From Flavobacteriales bacterium (GTDB lineage: Bacteria > Bacteroidota > Bacteroidia > Flavobacteriales > UBA7312), in assembly GCA_016779995.1 (NCBI GenBank), contig JADHMO010000001.1, forward strand, positions 74,638 to 138,637: a DNA stretch of 64,000 bases. Direction: 5' to 3'. Shown here piece after piece: positions 1 to 10,238 of the stretch. Under the pieces are notes generated by a model that ran no database searches, had not been told where the DNA came from, and was given only the letters and a program-made list of their open reading frames with translations. Each line of letters opens with the position of its first letter. Positions within the stretch are counted from its first letter, which is position 1. Made by a program: the position numbers and the translations under genes.

Positions 1-1
1 T

Positions 2-64
2 ATTGCCATTGAAGAAGGAAGTAATATGATTAGAATTGGCTCATCTATATTTGGTAACCGATAA
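2..64 (+). CDS. 3' end of a YggS/PLPBP-family PLP-binding protein (gene begins upstream of window)
   Basis: Frame 2 reads IAIEEGSNMIRIGSSIFGNR* with TAA at 62-64. This resembles the conserved C-terminal ...RIGxxIFGxR tail of YggS-type proteins. Only 20 codons are visible. Confidence 0.45.
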   Translation: MAIEEGSNMIRIGSSIFGNR

Positions 65-253
65 TTACTTTTGCTTACTAATTAATTCCCACATTTTGCC
101 AACTTCTTTATTTTCAGAACCCCTATAAACCTGACCAGTTTCTTCATCAATTAATATCCATTTAGTTGGACATTTTGTAATTACTTTAAGCTCTACAGCT
201 TTATCTAAATCCTCAACTTCTACTTTATTTATAATTCTAGTTTTTTTCGTCAT
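65..253 (-). CDS. small hypothetical protein (62 aa), co-transcribed downstream of marR-like gene
   Basis: Intact ORF starting 1 nt after the MarR stop. No recognisable motif. Its stop codon abuts the stop of the convergent yggS-like gene. Confidence 0.4.
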   Translation of the reverse strand: MTKKTRIINKVEVEDLDKAVELKVITKCPTKWILIDEETGQVYRGSENKEVGKMWELISKQK

Positions 254-254
254 A

Positions 255-722
255 TCAATAGTATTGTGCTATTTCTCTTAATTGGTCTAAAATACGATTT
301 GTTTGTTTAGCATTTTCATCAGAAATTATGGTTTTTATCTTGGAATTCATATCAGCTAAAATCACATCTATTTCTTTTAAAACAGATAGGCCTCTTGAGG
401 TGATAATAATTGCAATTCTTCTACGGTCTTTAGTAGATACACTTCTGTTCACTAAATCTTTAGAAATTAACTTATCTACTAATCTAGATACATTAGAAGA
501 CTTATCTAACATTCGATGCTCTATATCCATTAAAGCAATAGATTTGCCCTTCTGCCCTCTTAAAATTCGTAACACGTTATACTGTTGAGGTGATAAGTCA
601 TAAGGTTTAAACAAACGACTAGTTATTAAATTCAACAGATTTGCTGAATAGATAACATTTATTGTAAGTTTTTCTTGCTCTGAATCAAACTTTGATTGGG
701 AAATGGATTGTTCTAAACTCAT
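255..722 (-). CDS. MarR-family transcriptional regulator
   Basis: Winged-helix MarR pattern: QQYNVLRILRG...IALMDIEHRMLDKSSNVSRLVDKLISKDLVNRSVSTKDRRRIAIIITSRG. Start moved to ATG 720-722 (MSLEQS...) because the longer track ORF would run through its own -7 box. Confidence 0.85.
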   Translation of the reverse strand: MSLEQSISQSKFDSEQEKLTINVIYSANLLNLITSRLFKPYDLSPQQYNVLRILRGQKGKSIALMDIEHRMLDKSSNVSRLVDKLISKDLVNRSVSTKDRRRIAIIITSRGLSVLKEIDVILADMNSKIKTIISDENAKQTNRILDQLREIAQYY

Positions 723-727
723 AAATA

Positions 728-735
728 CAAATATA
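728..735 (-). promoter_or_regulatory. Bacteroidota -7 box (TATATTTG) for marR, 5 nt from ATG
   Basis: The reverse complement of 728-735 is TATATTTG, matching TAnnTTTG. The spacer to the ATG at 722 is 5 nt. Confidence 0.5.
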
Positions 736-760
736 TGTATAAACATTATATGTATATACA
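732..760. promoter_or_regulatory. candidate MarR operator: 10-bp direct repeat plus palindrome between divergent promoters
   Basis: TATATGTATA occurs at 732-741 and again at 747-756. TGTATATACA at 751-760 is a perfect palindrome. The elements lie between the marR and pirin -7 boxes, where the -33 regions should be. Confidence 0.35.
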
Positions 761-762
761 AT

Positions 763-770
763 TAATTTTG
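763..770 (+). promoter_or_regulatory. -7 box (TAATTTTG) for pirin gene
   Basis: Exact TAnnTTTG match, 12 nt upstream of the ATG at 783. Confidence 0.45.
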
Positions 771-782
771 TATATTTAGACT

Positions 783-1502
783 ATGATTAAACATTACAAC
801 ATTAGTAATCAAGCATACGGTGAATTTAATGGTGGTGACATCATTGAAAATAAACCAATTGGCTTTCCACAAGACGGTGGAAAACTAAAACCCTATTCAA
901 ATTTATTCTACTGGGCACACGCAAGTGCTAAAAAAGACAGTGTTATAGGTTTGCATCCACATCGAGGATTTGAAATTATGTCAATTGTATTAAAGGGCAA
1001 TATACAGCATTATGACACCCTACTTAAAGAATGGATACCGTTAGAAAAAGGCGATGTTCAGTTAATTCAGTCAGGCTCGGGCATTTCTCATGCTGAGGCA
1101 ATGCAAAGTGAGTCAGAAATATTTCAGATTTGGTTTAATCCCGACTTAAGAAAAACATTAAGTCATCCAGCTAAATATCTAGACATTAAGGGCAAAGATT
1201 TGCCACAAACTAATAATATTACTACAATAGTTGGTAAAGACTCCCCTGTTCAATTAGAAAGTGAAAAGATTGAAATCACCGAAATAGCATTACAAGTCGG
1301 TAAGTTTCAAATGGAAATTGAAAAAGAATTTTACTACTCTTTCTATCTTATAGAAGGCGAATTAATGATACACCAAGTCCATGTTTCTGAAAATGGTTTT
1401 TTTATCGTTGAAGATGAAGAATCATTGAATTATGAAGTTTTGGTTAATGGAAGAATGCTCTGTATAAAGTCTCCAGTAACCCTATCCTATCCTGTTTATT
1501 AA
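783..1502 (+). CDS. pirin-family (cupin) protein
   Basis: HPHRGFEIMSIVLKGNIQHYD...GDVQLIQSGSGISHAE matches the pirin metal-binding N-terminal cupin signature. Confidence 0.85.
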   Translation: MIKHYNISNQAYGEFNGGDIIENKPIGFPQDGGKLKPYSNLFYWAHASAKKDSVIGLHPHRGFEIMSIVLKGNIQHYDTLLKEWIPLEKGDVQLIQSGSGISHAEAMQSESEIFQIWFNPDLRKTLSHPAKYLDIKGKDLPQTNNITTIVGKDSPVQLESEKIEITEIALQVGKFQMEIEKEFYYSFYLIEGELMIHQVHVSENGFFIVEDEESLNYEVLVNGRMLCIKSPVTLSYPVY

Positions 1503-1530
1503 AAAAGGCCCCGTTCTGGGGCCTTTGATT
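1501..1530. terminator. bidirectional intrinsic terminator between pirin and purC
   Basis: AAAAAA-GGCCCC-gttct-GGGGCC-TTTGATTT: a GC stem flanked by an A-run and a T-run, lying between convergent genes. Confidence 0.7.
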
Positions 1531-2480
1531 TATTTGCTTAAATAGTTAGAAATGTTTTGTTCTACTCTATTGAGAACATCTGAGACGTCTTCTTTGACAA
1601 ATTTCTCACCAGTGATATGCTCAAAAAGCTCTATGTATCTTTCCGAAACAGATTCACAAAACTCTTTACTCATCTCAGGAATACTTTGACCATCTTTACC
1701 TTGAAAACCATTTTCTATGAGCCATTGTCTAACAAACTCTTTAGATAATTGCTTTTGTGAATTTCCTGCTTTTAGATTTTCTTCATAGCCTTCTATGTAA
1801 AAATAACGTGATGAATCTGGAGTGTGAATTTCATCAATAAGAGTAATCTCACCATTAGCATCTTTACCGAATTCATATTTAGTATCGACAAGAATAAGCC
1901 CTTTGTCTGCTGCTAACTCTGTTCCTCTCTGAAAAAGTTCTCTAGTATATTTCTCTAATAAGATATAATCTTCCTCTGAAACTAAACCTTGAGCAAGTAT
2001 TTCTTCTCTAGAAATATCTTCGTCATGCCCTACTTCTGCTTTGGTAGTAGGTGTAATTAGCGGTTGTTCAAACTTTTGATTCTCAACCATACCATCTGGC
2101 ATAGGTACACCGCATAACATGCGTTTGCCGTCTCTATACTCTCTCCAAGCATGTCCTGTAAGGTATCCTCTTATTACCATTTCTACTAGAAAAGGCTCAC
2201 ATCTTTTACCAATGGTTACCGATGGATCTGGTGTAGATTCTTTCCAGTTTTGGACAATGTCAGAAGTAGCGTCCAAAAACTTAGAAGCTATTTGATTTAG
2301 TACTTGCCCTTTGTATGGAATTCCCTCGGGAAGAACATGGTCAAATGCTGATATTCTATCCGATGCAATCATCACCAATTGCTCATCTCCAATACTATAT
2401 ACGTCCCTTACTTTTCCTTTGTAAAGGTTTTTTTGGTTTGGAAAATTAAAATCCGTTTTAATAATTACATTGTTACTCAT
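1530..2480 (-). CDS. purC: phosphoribosylaminoimidazole-succinocarboxamide (SAICAR) synthase
   Basis: [10 protein letters not shown]...ASDRISAFD...LVDTKYEFG are typical of long-form PurC. Confidence 0.93.
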   Translation of the reverse strand: MSNNVIIKTDFNFPNQKNLYKGKVRDVYSIGDEQLVMIASDRISAFDHVLPEGIPYKGQVLNQIASKFLDATSDIVQNWKESTPDPSVTIGKRCEPFLVEMVIRGYLTGHAWREYRDGKRMLCGVPMPDGMVENQKFEQPLITPTTKAEVGHDEDISREEILAQGLVSEEDYILLEKYTRELFQRGTELAADKGLILVDTKYEFGKDANGEITLIDEIHTPDSSRYFYIEGYEENLKAGNSQKQLSKEFVRQWLIENGFQGKDGQSIPEMSKEFCESVSERYIELFEHITGEKFVKEDVSDVLNRVEQNISNYLSK

Positions 2481-3417
2481 TTTTGTCTTGTTTTGATTTG
2501 TATGCTTTAATAATTTTTTTCACTAATTCATGGCGAATAACATCTTTGTCGTCTAGTTTGACAACACTGATACCTTTCACGCCTTTTAACACCTTCAAAG
2601 CCTCTAACAGACCAGAAGGTTGTTTAGATGGTAAGTCTATCTGTGTTTCATCTCCTGTAATAACAAACTTAGCCGATTTACCCATTCTTGTAAGAAACAT
2701 TTTCATTTGTTGACGAGTAGAATTTTGAGCTTCGTCTAATATTACGAATGCATTATCTAAAGTTCTACCTCTCATAAAAGCTAATGGTGCTATTTCTATG
2801 ATTCTATGTTCTATATATTCATTTAACTTCTCTGCCGGAATCATGTCCCTTAGAGCGTCATAAAGTGGTTGTAAGTATGGATCTAACTTTTCTTTTAAAT
2901 CACCTGGCAAAAACCCTAAATTCTCTCCTGCTTCTACGGCAGGTCTTGATAAAATTATTCGTCTGACCTCTTTATTTTTTAAAGCTCTAACAGCAATAGC
3001 AACGGCGGTATATGTTTTTCCTGTTCCTGCTGGTCCTACAGCAAAAAGCATATCGTTTTTTTGAGATTCTTTAACTATCTTACGCTGGTTAACGGTTTTA
3101 GCTTTAATTATTTTTCCGTGAGGACCATGAACCAAAGTATCGTTATCTCCTTCTAACACAGCACTATCCTCTAATATTATACGTTCTATATTGCTATGCG
3201 TAAGACGTTGATATTTACTAAAATGCTCAAGCATCAAAGTAAATTTTTGAACAAATGCTTGTATGGATTCATCGTCACCTATAAGTTTTAGTGTATTGCC
3301 TCGAGCTACACATTTTATCTTTGGAAAGAAATCTAGAATGAAAGACAAAGTCTTGTTATTTGAACCATAAATATCTAGAGGGTTAATACCTCCTAAATCT
3401 ATAATTTTTTCACCCAT
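2473..3417 (-). CDS. phoH: PhoH-family ATPase
   Basis: Walker [10 protein letters not shown], then [32 protein letters not shown] and ILDEAQN. Overlaps purC by 8 nt. Confidence 0.93.
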   Translation of the reverse strand: MGEKIIDLGGINPLDIYGSNNKTLSFILDFFPKIKCVARGNTLKLIGDDESIQAFVQKFTLMLEHFSKYQRLTHSNIERIILEDSAVLEGDNDTLVHGPHGKIIKAKTVNQRKIVKESQKNDMLFAVGPAGTGKTYTAVAIAVRALKNKEVRRIILSRPAVEAGENLGFLPGDLKEKLDPYLQPLYDALRDMIPAEKLNEYIEHRIIEIAPLAFMRGRTLDNAFVILDEAQNSTRQQMKMFLTRMGKSAKFVITGDETQIDLPSKQPSGLLEALKVLKGVKGISVVKLDDKDVIRHELVKKIIKAYKSKQDKNE

Positions 3418-3526
3418 GTATTATGCTCAATTATATTAATGACGAATCAGCAAAAATTATACTTACTTTTGATGGCACAAAATAACAACTTTTTAAGACA
3501 TTTAATTGGATTAATTGCTCAATATT

Positions 3527-4312
3527 ATGCCAATAATTACACTAACCACAGACTTAGGCACAGTTGACCATTACGTGAGCGCAGTAAAAGCGACTATTTT
3601 AAGGCAGTTAGACAATGCTAATATTGTAGATATTAGCCACGACATACCCCCTTTTAATATCATACATGCTGCATTTGTTCTTAAAAATGTTTATCAAGAA
3701 TTTCCTCCTGGAAGCATACATATTATTGGTGTAAATGCTGAAACTAACGAGGATAATAGTCACCTTGCGGTTTATGCTAACGGACATTATTTTGTAGGTA
3801 CTGACAACGGAATTTTCTCTTTACTTTTAGATTTAAAACCTGATAAAATTGTTGAAATAACTACCACTAGGGATTCTGATAATGAAAACTTTCCTGTGAA
3901 AGATGTTTTTGCCAAGGCAGCTTGTCATATTGCTAGAGGAGGTACATTAGAGATTATAGGAACTGAAATCAAACAATTTTCTAAAGAATTTGCTAAACTA
4001 GAGGCTTTACACGATAAAAATTCTATTAGAGGCTCAATCATTCATATCGATCATTATGGCAATGCTATAACCAACATTAGCCAACGTCTTTTTAAAGATA
4101 TTGCTAAAGGTAGAGCCTATACCATAAATTTGGGTAGTAAAGAACACTACTCATTAAACACCATCAAAAGAAAGTACAATGAAGTACAAGCTGGAGACGC
4201 TGTTGCACTTTTTATATCAACAGATTTCCTGACCATATCCATTAATAATGGCTCTGCATCTTCTTTAATGGGACTACATATTAACGATACCGTTAGAATT
4301 GAATTTAAATGA
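3527..4312 (+). CDS. SAM hydrolase / SAM-dependent halogenase family (DUF62) protein
   Basis: N-terminal MPIITLTTDLG...DHYV and HIDHYGNAITNI motifs of the S-adenosyl-L-methionine hydroxide adenosyltransferase family. ATG 3527 chosen over the track's TTG at 3515. Confidence 0.8.
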   Translation: MPIITLTTDLGTVDHYVSAVKATILRQLDNANIVDISHDIPPFNIIHAAFVLKNVYQEFPPGSIHIIGVNAETNEDNSHLAVYANGHYFVGTDNGIFSLLLDLKPDKIVEITTTRDSDNENFPVKDVFAKAACHIARGGTLEIIGTEIKQFSKEFAKLEALHDKNSIRGSIIHIDHYGNAITNISQRLFKDIAKGRAYTINLGSKEHYSLNTIKRKYNEVQAGDAVALFISTDFLTISINNGSASSLMGLHINDTVRIEFK

Positions 4313-4593
4313 TAAAGCGCATAGTAAAAATGGAGTTTGAGCCAGAGAATGTAAGTGCTTTTGTAAATATTTTTAAGACAAATAAAGATAAAATCACAAC
4401 TTTTGATGGCTGCCATTCTGTAGAGTTATTAAAAGATATTAATACTCAAAATATCTTTTTCACCTACAGTATATGGGATTCTGAAAACTCTCTTAATAGA
4501 TATAGAGAGTCTAACACATTCAAAGAGATTTGGTCTAAAACAAAACCTCTATTTTCCAATAAAGCTAAGGCTTGGAGCCTTGAAGAGATTTAA
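4309..4593 (+). CDS. small ABM-like (antibiotic biosynthesis monooxygenase fold) protein
   Basis: 94 aa with a ferredoxin-like ABM pattern (...FFTYSIWDSENSLNRYRESNTF...). 4-nt overlap with the upstream gene. Confidence 0.5.
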   Translation: MIKRIVKMEFEPENVSAFVNIFKTNKDKITTFDGCHSVELLKDINTQNIFFTYSIWDSENSLNRYRESNTFKEIWSKTKPLFSNKAKAWSLEEI

Positions 4594-4606
4594 TATTTTT
4601 GCAAAT

Positions 4607-5335
4607 ATGTATGCACTATTTAAAAAAGAGATAAACACATTCTTCAGCCATAACTCAGGCGTTATTATTATTTTGAGTTATCTGCTCACAAATGGTGCTT
4701 TTTTATGGCTCATATCTAGTGATTTTAACATTCTTGACTCTGGATTTACACAGATGAATGGTTTGTTTTCTCTATCCCCTTTTTTATTTTTAGTCTTTAT
4801 ACCGGCTTTGACCATGCGCTTGTTTGCAGATGAATATAAAGAAGGTACTATTGAGGTTCTTCAAACCTCACCTATTTCTAATACCAAACTTGTTTTGTCC
4901 AAGTATTTTTCAGGATTAACCCTTGTTTTCTTAGCTATACTTCCTACTGTAGTTTATTATTTTAGCTTATCTAAGCTATCCGAAACAGAAGGAAACATCG
5001 ATACTGCTGGAATTATTGGCTCATACATTGGACTACTGCTTTTATCAAGTGTATTTGTTGCCATAGGAGTCTATGCCTCTTCTACTACCAAAAACCAAAT
5101 CACATCTTTCGTCACAGCTATTTTTATCAGTGCATTCTTCTATTTAGGTTGGGATTTAATTGCTAGTGAAATAGCTAACGGAAAAATCCAAATTGCTATC
5201 TCATATCTTGGAATGGATTCGCATTACAACAGTTTGAGCAGAGGTGTTATTGATAGTAGAGATATTATTTATTTTCTGAGTTTAAATGTCATTTTTATAC
5301 AACTTACTAGCCACTCAATCAGCAGAAAAAAATGA
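4607..5335 (+). CDS. gldF: gliding-motility ABC transporter permease GldF
   Basis: MYALFKKEINTFFSH... N-terminus and a 6-TM ABC-2 permease pattern, immediately upstream of gldG. Start set at ATG 4607. Confidence 0.8.
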   Translation: MYALFKKEINTFFSHNSGVIIILSYLLTNGAFLWLISSDFNILDSGFTQMNGLFSLSPFLFLVFIPALTMRLFADEYKEGTIEVLQTSPISNTKLVLSKYFSGLTLVFLAILPTVVYYFSLSKLSETEGNIDTAGIIGSYIGLLLLSSVFVAIGVYASSTTKNQITSFVTAIFISAFFYLGWDLIASEIANGKIQIAISYLGMDSHYNSLSRGVIDSRDIIYFLSLNVIFIQLTSHSISRKK

Positions 5336-7059
5336 TAGCAATTAAACGACATAAATCTCTTTTCATTAACCTAATTGTACTGATAGCAATTAATGTTTTA
5401 GCTAGTAAACTGTACTTTAGGCTAGACCTGACTGAAGAAAAAAAATATTCATTAAACGATGCCACTAAGGAAACCTTAAACTCAATTGATGACATTGTTT
5501 ATGTAAAGGTTTATTTGAATGGCAACCTCCCTGCTGGATTCGTTAGGCTTAGAAACTCTTGTCAAGAGACATTAGACGAATTCAGATACCACAATACTTT
5601 AATAGAATATCAGTTTATTGACCCTAATGAAGCCGATAGCCCAGAGGATAGAAAGAAAATTTATAAAGAATTATCAGAAAATGGTCTAGAACCAACTAAT
5701 CTTCAAGTCCAAGCAAATAACAGTAATAGTGAGCAGATTATATTCCCAGGAGCTATAATCTACTACAAAGGTAGAAGTCAATCTTTAAACCTCTTACAAA
5801 ATCAAATTGGCACCAATCCTGAAAATGTACTTAATAATTCTGTTGAAAGTATCGAGTATGAACTAACCAATGCTATCCACAAACTCATTACTAACTATAA
5901 ACCAAAGATTGCATTTTTAGATGGGCATAATGAATTAGACGAATTAGAAACTGCCGACATAAATCATTCTTTAGGTCTTGTAAAAGGCTCATTGTCAGAG
6001 TACTTTAGCATCGATAGAATTGATATTAAAGAATATGAACTAGACCAAAACAACTCGCCAAGTCTTGGTAATCAAATAAAACGACTACTACAATACAAGG
6101 CTCTAATCATTGCTAAACCTACTAAAGCCTTTACTGAAGTTGATAAATTTTTGATTGACCAATACATTATGAATGGTGGAAAAACCATGTGGTTTCTGGA
6201 CGGCGTAGCTATGGATATGGATAGTTTAAAAGGAAATGCACCTTTTTCAATGGCAGTTCCTTTAGATTTAAATCTCACAGACTTACTTTTCAAATATGGT
6301 GTTAGAGTAAATTACGATTTGGTGATGGATTTTCAAGCCGACCAAATACCTATAATTGTTGGATATCAAGGAAATGTACCACAACAACAATTACTCCCAT
6401 GGTTCTACCACCCTATTATTATTCCTAAAAACAAACAATCTATTGTCAAAAACTTAGATGGAATTAAGAGTGCTTTTGTAAGTACATTAGATACCGTCAA
6501 GGCAATCAACATCAAAAAAACACCTTTGTTGTTCTCCTCGCCTTATTCAAAAATAGTTAGAGCTCCACATCGAGTTAGTCTATCAATACTAGAGAAAGAA
6601 CCACAAATAGAACAATTTAATGCTGGTGAAAAACCAATCGCATATTTGTTAGAAGGAGAATTTCAATCCGCATTTCAAAACCGTATTGCACCTAATAACG
6701 AAAGCTTAAAACCGAAGCTAACAAGCCCTTCAAATAAAATGATAGTATTCGGAGATGGAGATATTATAAAAAATCACGTTTCCTCTTCTGGAAATGCATT
6801 TCCACTCGGTTACAATCAATTTAGCAAATCTCAATTTAATGGCAACAAGCAAATAATTGTTAATGCTTTGAACTATTTAATGGATAATGAAAATCTAATC
6901 AATATAAGGGCAAAAGAAGTCAACCTCAGATTATTAAATAAATCGGAAATCAAAAATAATCGATTAAAATGGCAGTTGATTAATACTTTATCACCTCTAG
7001 CTATCATCTCTCTAATAATCGTTATTTTTGGTGTAGTGAGAAAAAGACAATACAGATGA
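5332..7059 (+). CDS. gldG: gliding-motility ABC transporter auxiliary component GldG
   Basis: 575 aa with N- and C-terminal TM anchors flanking a large periplasmic domain. ATGA overlap with gldF. Classic gldF-gldG pair. Confidence 0.8.
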   Translation: MIAIKRHKSLFINLIVLIAINVLASKLYFRLDLTEEKKYSLNDATKETLNSIDDIVYVKVYLNGNLPAGFVRLRNSCQETLDEFRYHNTLIEYQFIDPNEADSPEDRKKIYKELSENGLEPTNLQVQANNSNSEQIIFPGAIIYYKGRSQSLNLLQNQIGTNPENVLNNSVESIEYELTNAIHKLITNYKPKIAFLDGHNELDELETADINHSLGLVKGSLSEYFSIDRIDIKEYELDQNNSPSLGNQIKRLLQYKALIIAKPTKAFTEVDKFLIDQYIMNGGKTMWFLDGVAMDMDSLKGNAPFSMAVPLDLNLTDLLFKYGVRVNYDLVMDFQADQIPIIVGYQGNVPQQQLLPWFYHPIIIPKNKQSIVKNLDGIKSAFVSTLDTVKAINIKKTPLLFSSPYSKIVRAPHRVSLSILEKEPQIEQFNAGEKPIAYLLEGEFQSAFQNRIAPNNESLKPKLTSPSNKMIVFGDGDIIKNHVSSSGNAFPLGYNQFSKSQFNGNKQIIVNALNYLMDNENLINIRAKEVNLRLLNKSEIKNNRLKWQLINTLSPLAIISLIIVIFGVVRKRQYR

Positions 7060-8054
7060 AAAAAATATTTTTATTAGCACTACTGATTATAGCATCACTA
7101 ATACTATTTTTCCTTAATAAGAATGATACGACCTTAAGCGAAGAATTAAGTGATTTTGCTGTTGAAGACACGGCTAGTATTCAAAAGGTATTTTTTGCTG
7201 ACAAACACGGCAATTCAGTTACTGTGAGTAGAGATAGTGGCACATGGCTAGTAGACGATAAATTTGAAGTTCGCCCAGAAGCCATAGAATACTTACTTAA
7301 AACAATTAAAGATATTGAAGTCAAGCACCCTGTTAGCAACAGCTTACATGATAAGGTTATAAAAAACCTTGCCAGTTCAGCCGTTAAAGTTGAAATATTT
7401 ACTAATAATTTAGATCTAGCACACAAAACCTACTATGTTGGCGGAGAAGCTAAGGATTTAATAGGTAGCTTTATGCTTCTGGAAAATTCAAGCCGTGCTT
7501 TTGTGGTTTATATACCTGGATTTAATGGTTTTTTAGCTCCTAGATATACTATAGATGGTACTACAGTTGCTAGTGACTTGTGGAGAGATAGAACTATTTT
7601 TTCTTACAATAGCAATGATATAAAGACAATAAGTGTAATCAATCACGAAGACGACAACAAATCCTTTAAAATGCATCGTCAGGAAAAGTTTTACAGTTTC
7701 ACCAAAAACAACACTACTAAAATAATACCAGACAGTCAAGGTCAAGAATATTTTAATCTGTTCAAGTCCGTTAAATGCGAAGGTTTTATGAATGACTTTT
7801 CAAAAAAAGACTCTATTTTCAATAGCACACCCTTTTATACTATACGTATAACCGATACAAATGGGAAAATGGATTCTATAATAGCTTATCACAAAGAACC
7901 AAAGAGAGAAGATTATATGCAGGAAAACTGTCAAAAGCTAGAGTATGATGTAGATAGAATGTACGCTAAACTCAACTCTGACTTAATACTTATACAGTTT
8001 TATGTATTCGATAAAATACTTTTAAGAACACCTCAATTTTCTGTTGAAAAATAG
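7056..8054 (+). CDS. DUF4340-like protein that commonly follows gldG
   Basis: N-terminal TM anchor, 332 aa, 4-nt overlap with gldG. Call is based on position and architecture only. Confidence 0.5.
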   Translation: MKKIFLLALLIIASLILFFLNKNDTTLSEELSDFAVEDTASIQKVFFADKHGNSVTVSRDSGTWLVDDKFEVRPEAIEYLLKTIKDIEVKHPVSNSLHDKVIKNLASSAVKVEIFTNNLDLAHKTYYVGGEAKDLIGSFMLLENSSRAFVVYIPGFNGFLAPRYTIDGTTVASDLWRDRTIFSYNSNDIKTISVINHEDDNKSFKMHRQEKFYSFTKNNTTKIIPDSQGQEYFNLFKSVKCEGFMNDFSKKDSIFNSTPFYTIRITDTNGKMDSIIAYHKEPKREDYMQENCQKLEYDVDRMYAKLNSDLILIQFYVFDKILLRTPQFSVEK

Positions 8055-8090
8055 TTGAAAAGTATATCATACTAAGAAATGTAATTCTTA

Positions 8091-8098
8091 TATATTTG
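8091..8098 (+). promoter_or_regulatory. -7 box (TATATTTG) for dnaN
   Basis: Exact TAnnTTTG. It ends 2 nt before the track's TTG start (8100), which argues for ATG 8127 as the real dnaN start. Confidence 0.45.
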
Positions 8099-8126
8099 TT
8101 TGTTAACAGATATAGAAAAAACGAAT

Positions 8127-9248
8127 ATGAAATTTATAGTTTCTAGTGCTCAATTACTAAAGCAACTCCAAACCATTAGTGGTGTTTTAAACTCAAGTAA
8201 CACCCTCCCTATTTTAGATAACTTCCTGTTTGAAATATCAGATAATACACTTTCCATTTCTGCCTCTGACCTAGAGACAACAATGAAAACTACGGTAAAA
8301 AATGCAGATGCAGATGAAGACGGAAATATCGCTATTCCTGCCAAATTATTATTGGATACGCTTAAAACATTTTCAGATCAACCTCTTACATTTTTAATCG
8401 ATAAAGATACATACGGTATAGAAATAGGTTCTGAAAATGGTAAGTTCAAACTGGCTGGACAAAATGGTGATGAATTTCCAAAAACACCATCAATGGATTC
8501 TGCTTCTAAAACAACTATGCCTTCAGAAGTATTAGCATCAGCAATTAATAAAACGCTTTTCGCTACAGGCAACGATGAATTAAGACCTATTATGTCTGGT
8601 GTTTTTTGTGAATTATCATCTGATGGTTGCATATTTGTTGCTACGGATGCCCACAAACTTGTTAAATACAGAAGAACTGATGCCACAGCTGATAGTATAG
8701 TTTCATTTATTTTACCAAAAAAGCCGCTTACACTCTTAAAAAATTCATTGATTAATGATAGTGATGTGTCAATAGAATACAATGAAACCAATGCCTTTTT
8801 CGTATTTGATGAAATCGAGCTAATTTGCCGACTCATAGATGGAAAGTATCCTAATTACGAGGCTGTAATACCTAAAGAAAATCCTAATGTGTTAACTATT
8901 GATAGACTAGAATTTTATAATTCCATTCGTAGAGTTGCTATTTTTGCTAGTAAATCTACTCATCAAATACGTCTTAAAATTGCAGGCTCTGAGTTACACA
9001 TTTCATCTGAAGATTTAGATTTTTCAAATGAAGCTTTTGAAAGATTAAGCTGTAACTATTCTGGCGAAGACATCGAAATTGGCTTCAATTCACGTTACTT
9101 GTTGGAAATGATTAATAATCTTTCATCAGAACAAATTAACCTAGAAATGAGTGCTCCCAATCGAGCTGGAATAATAATTCCTCAAGATGGAATATCAGAA
9201 AATGAAGAGGTTTTGATGTTAGTAATGCCAGTAATGTTAAATCAATGA
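8127..9248 (+). CDS. dnaN: DNA polymerase III beta sliding clamp
   Basis: MKFIVSSAQLLKQLQTISGVL...LPILDNFLFE...LTIDRLEFYNSIRRVAIFA...MLVMPVMLN: typical three-domain DnaN. Confidence 0.95.
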   Translation: MKFIVSSAQLLKQLQTISGVLNSSNTLPILDNFLFEISDNTLSISASDLETTMKTTVKNADADEDGNIAIPAKLLLDTLKTFSDQPLTFLIDKDTYGIEIGSENGKFKLAGQNGDEFPKTPSMDSASKTTMPSEVLASAINKTLFATGNDELRPIMSGVFCELSSDGCIFVATDAHKLVKYRRTDATADSIVSFILPKKPLTLLKNSLINDSDVSIEYNETNAFFVFDEIELICRLIDGKYPNYEAVIPKENPNVLTIDRLEFYNSIRRVAIFASKSTHQIRLKIAGSELHISSEDLDFSNEAFERLSCNYSGEDIEIGFNSRYLLEMINNLSSEQINLEMSAPNRAGIIIPQDGISENEEVLMLVMPVMLNQ

Positions 9249-9298
9249 TGCAAATAGCTTATATTAGCAAACAATTAAAACAACAATAAACCACTATT

Positions 9299-10183
9299 AT
9301 GAAAAATATACTTCTAATCATATTAGTTATCGCTACTACTCAAGTAAATGCCCAATTTGAAAAAGGAAATTGGTTTCTTGGTGCTTCAAGTAGTAATATT
9401 AATTTCAGCTCAACTACTAACTCAGAAAACACTATCGATGTCACTTTTACGGGTTTTAGAGATACTTTAGTTAATGCTACAGACAGTTTGAACTTGGACT
9501 TTTTATTCCCCTATTCTTATAAATTAGACCAGGATAAACAAAGTGAGTTTAATGTCAATCTAAAAATGGGATATTTTATTGCTAATAAGCTAATGCTTGG
9601 TGTAGGCTTTGGATATGACACTGAAACAAGTCTTTTCAAAACAAATCCTGATTCTGAGATTTCTAATGCTAGTTTAGCAGATAGTATGATAAATGTTTGG
9701 TTTACAGGTCTTCCAGATGTAACCACTAATGGTACAACTTATGCTAATCACTATTTAGAACTTTATAGCTTGGTGGCCGCATCGGTTGATAATGACTTAA
9801 CATATTCTAAAACTTTAATGACGATTTCTCCTTTTGTCAGATACAACTTTCAACTAAGAAAAGGTAACTCCATCTTCGTTGATGGTTCCTACAGAATGGC
9901 CTCTGGAAAAGAAGAAGTTAAAGATGCTATCAGTTCAGTTAGCCAAACAACAGAACTAGCCTCTTCTACAATTAATTTAGGCTTAGGTTTTTCTGCCTTT
10001 TTATCTAATAAATTTAGTATTGAACCGCAATTCAATTACTATATGTACAACTCTACAGCTACTATGAAAGAAGATGCTATACATCCAATTTTAAGTGTTG
10101 CTGATATGGGAGAAAAAACCACAGAGAGAACAATTGCTGGATCTGGAATAAACTTTTCAGTAGGTTTATCTTTCTACTTCTAA
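9299..10183 (+). CDS. outer-membrane beta-barrel protein (uncharacterised)
   Basis: Signal peptide ...TQVNAQ, alternating beta-strand pattern, C-terminal ...GLSFYF aromatic OMP signature. Confidence 0.5.
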   Translation: MKNILLIILVIATTQVNAQFEKGNWFLGASSSNINFSSTTNSENTIDVTFTGFRDTLVNATDSLNLDFLFPYSYKLDQDKQSEFNVNLKMGYFIANKLMLGVGFGYDTETSLFKTNPDSEISNASLADSMINVWFTGLPDVTTNGTTYANHYLELYSLVAASVDNDLTYSKTLMTISPFVRYNFQLRKGNSIFVDGSYRMASGKEEVKDAISSVSQTTELASSTINLGLGFSAFLSNKFSIEPQFNYYMYNSTATMKEDAIHPILSVADMGEKTTERTIAGSGINFSVGLSFYF

Positions 10184-10204
10184 AATATTTTAAAAAAATC
10201 ATAT

Positions 10205-10238
10205 AAAGACTTTGCCTTATCGCAAAGTCTTTTTTTTA
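10205..10238 (+). terminator. intrinsic terminator
   Basis: AAAGACTTTGC-cttatc-GCAAAGTCTTT followed by a T-run. It overlaps the stop of the convergent minus-strand gene. Confidence 0.7.
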
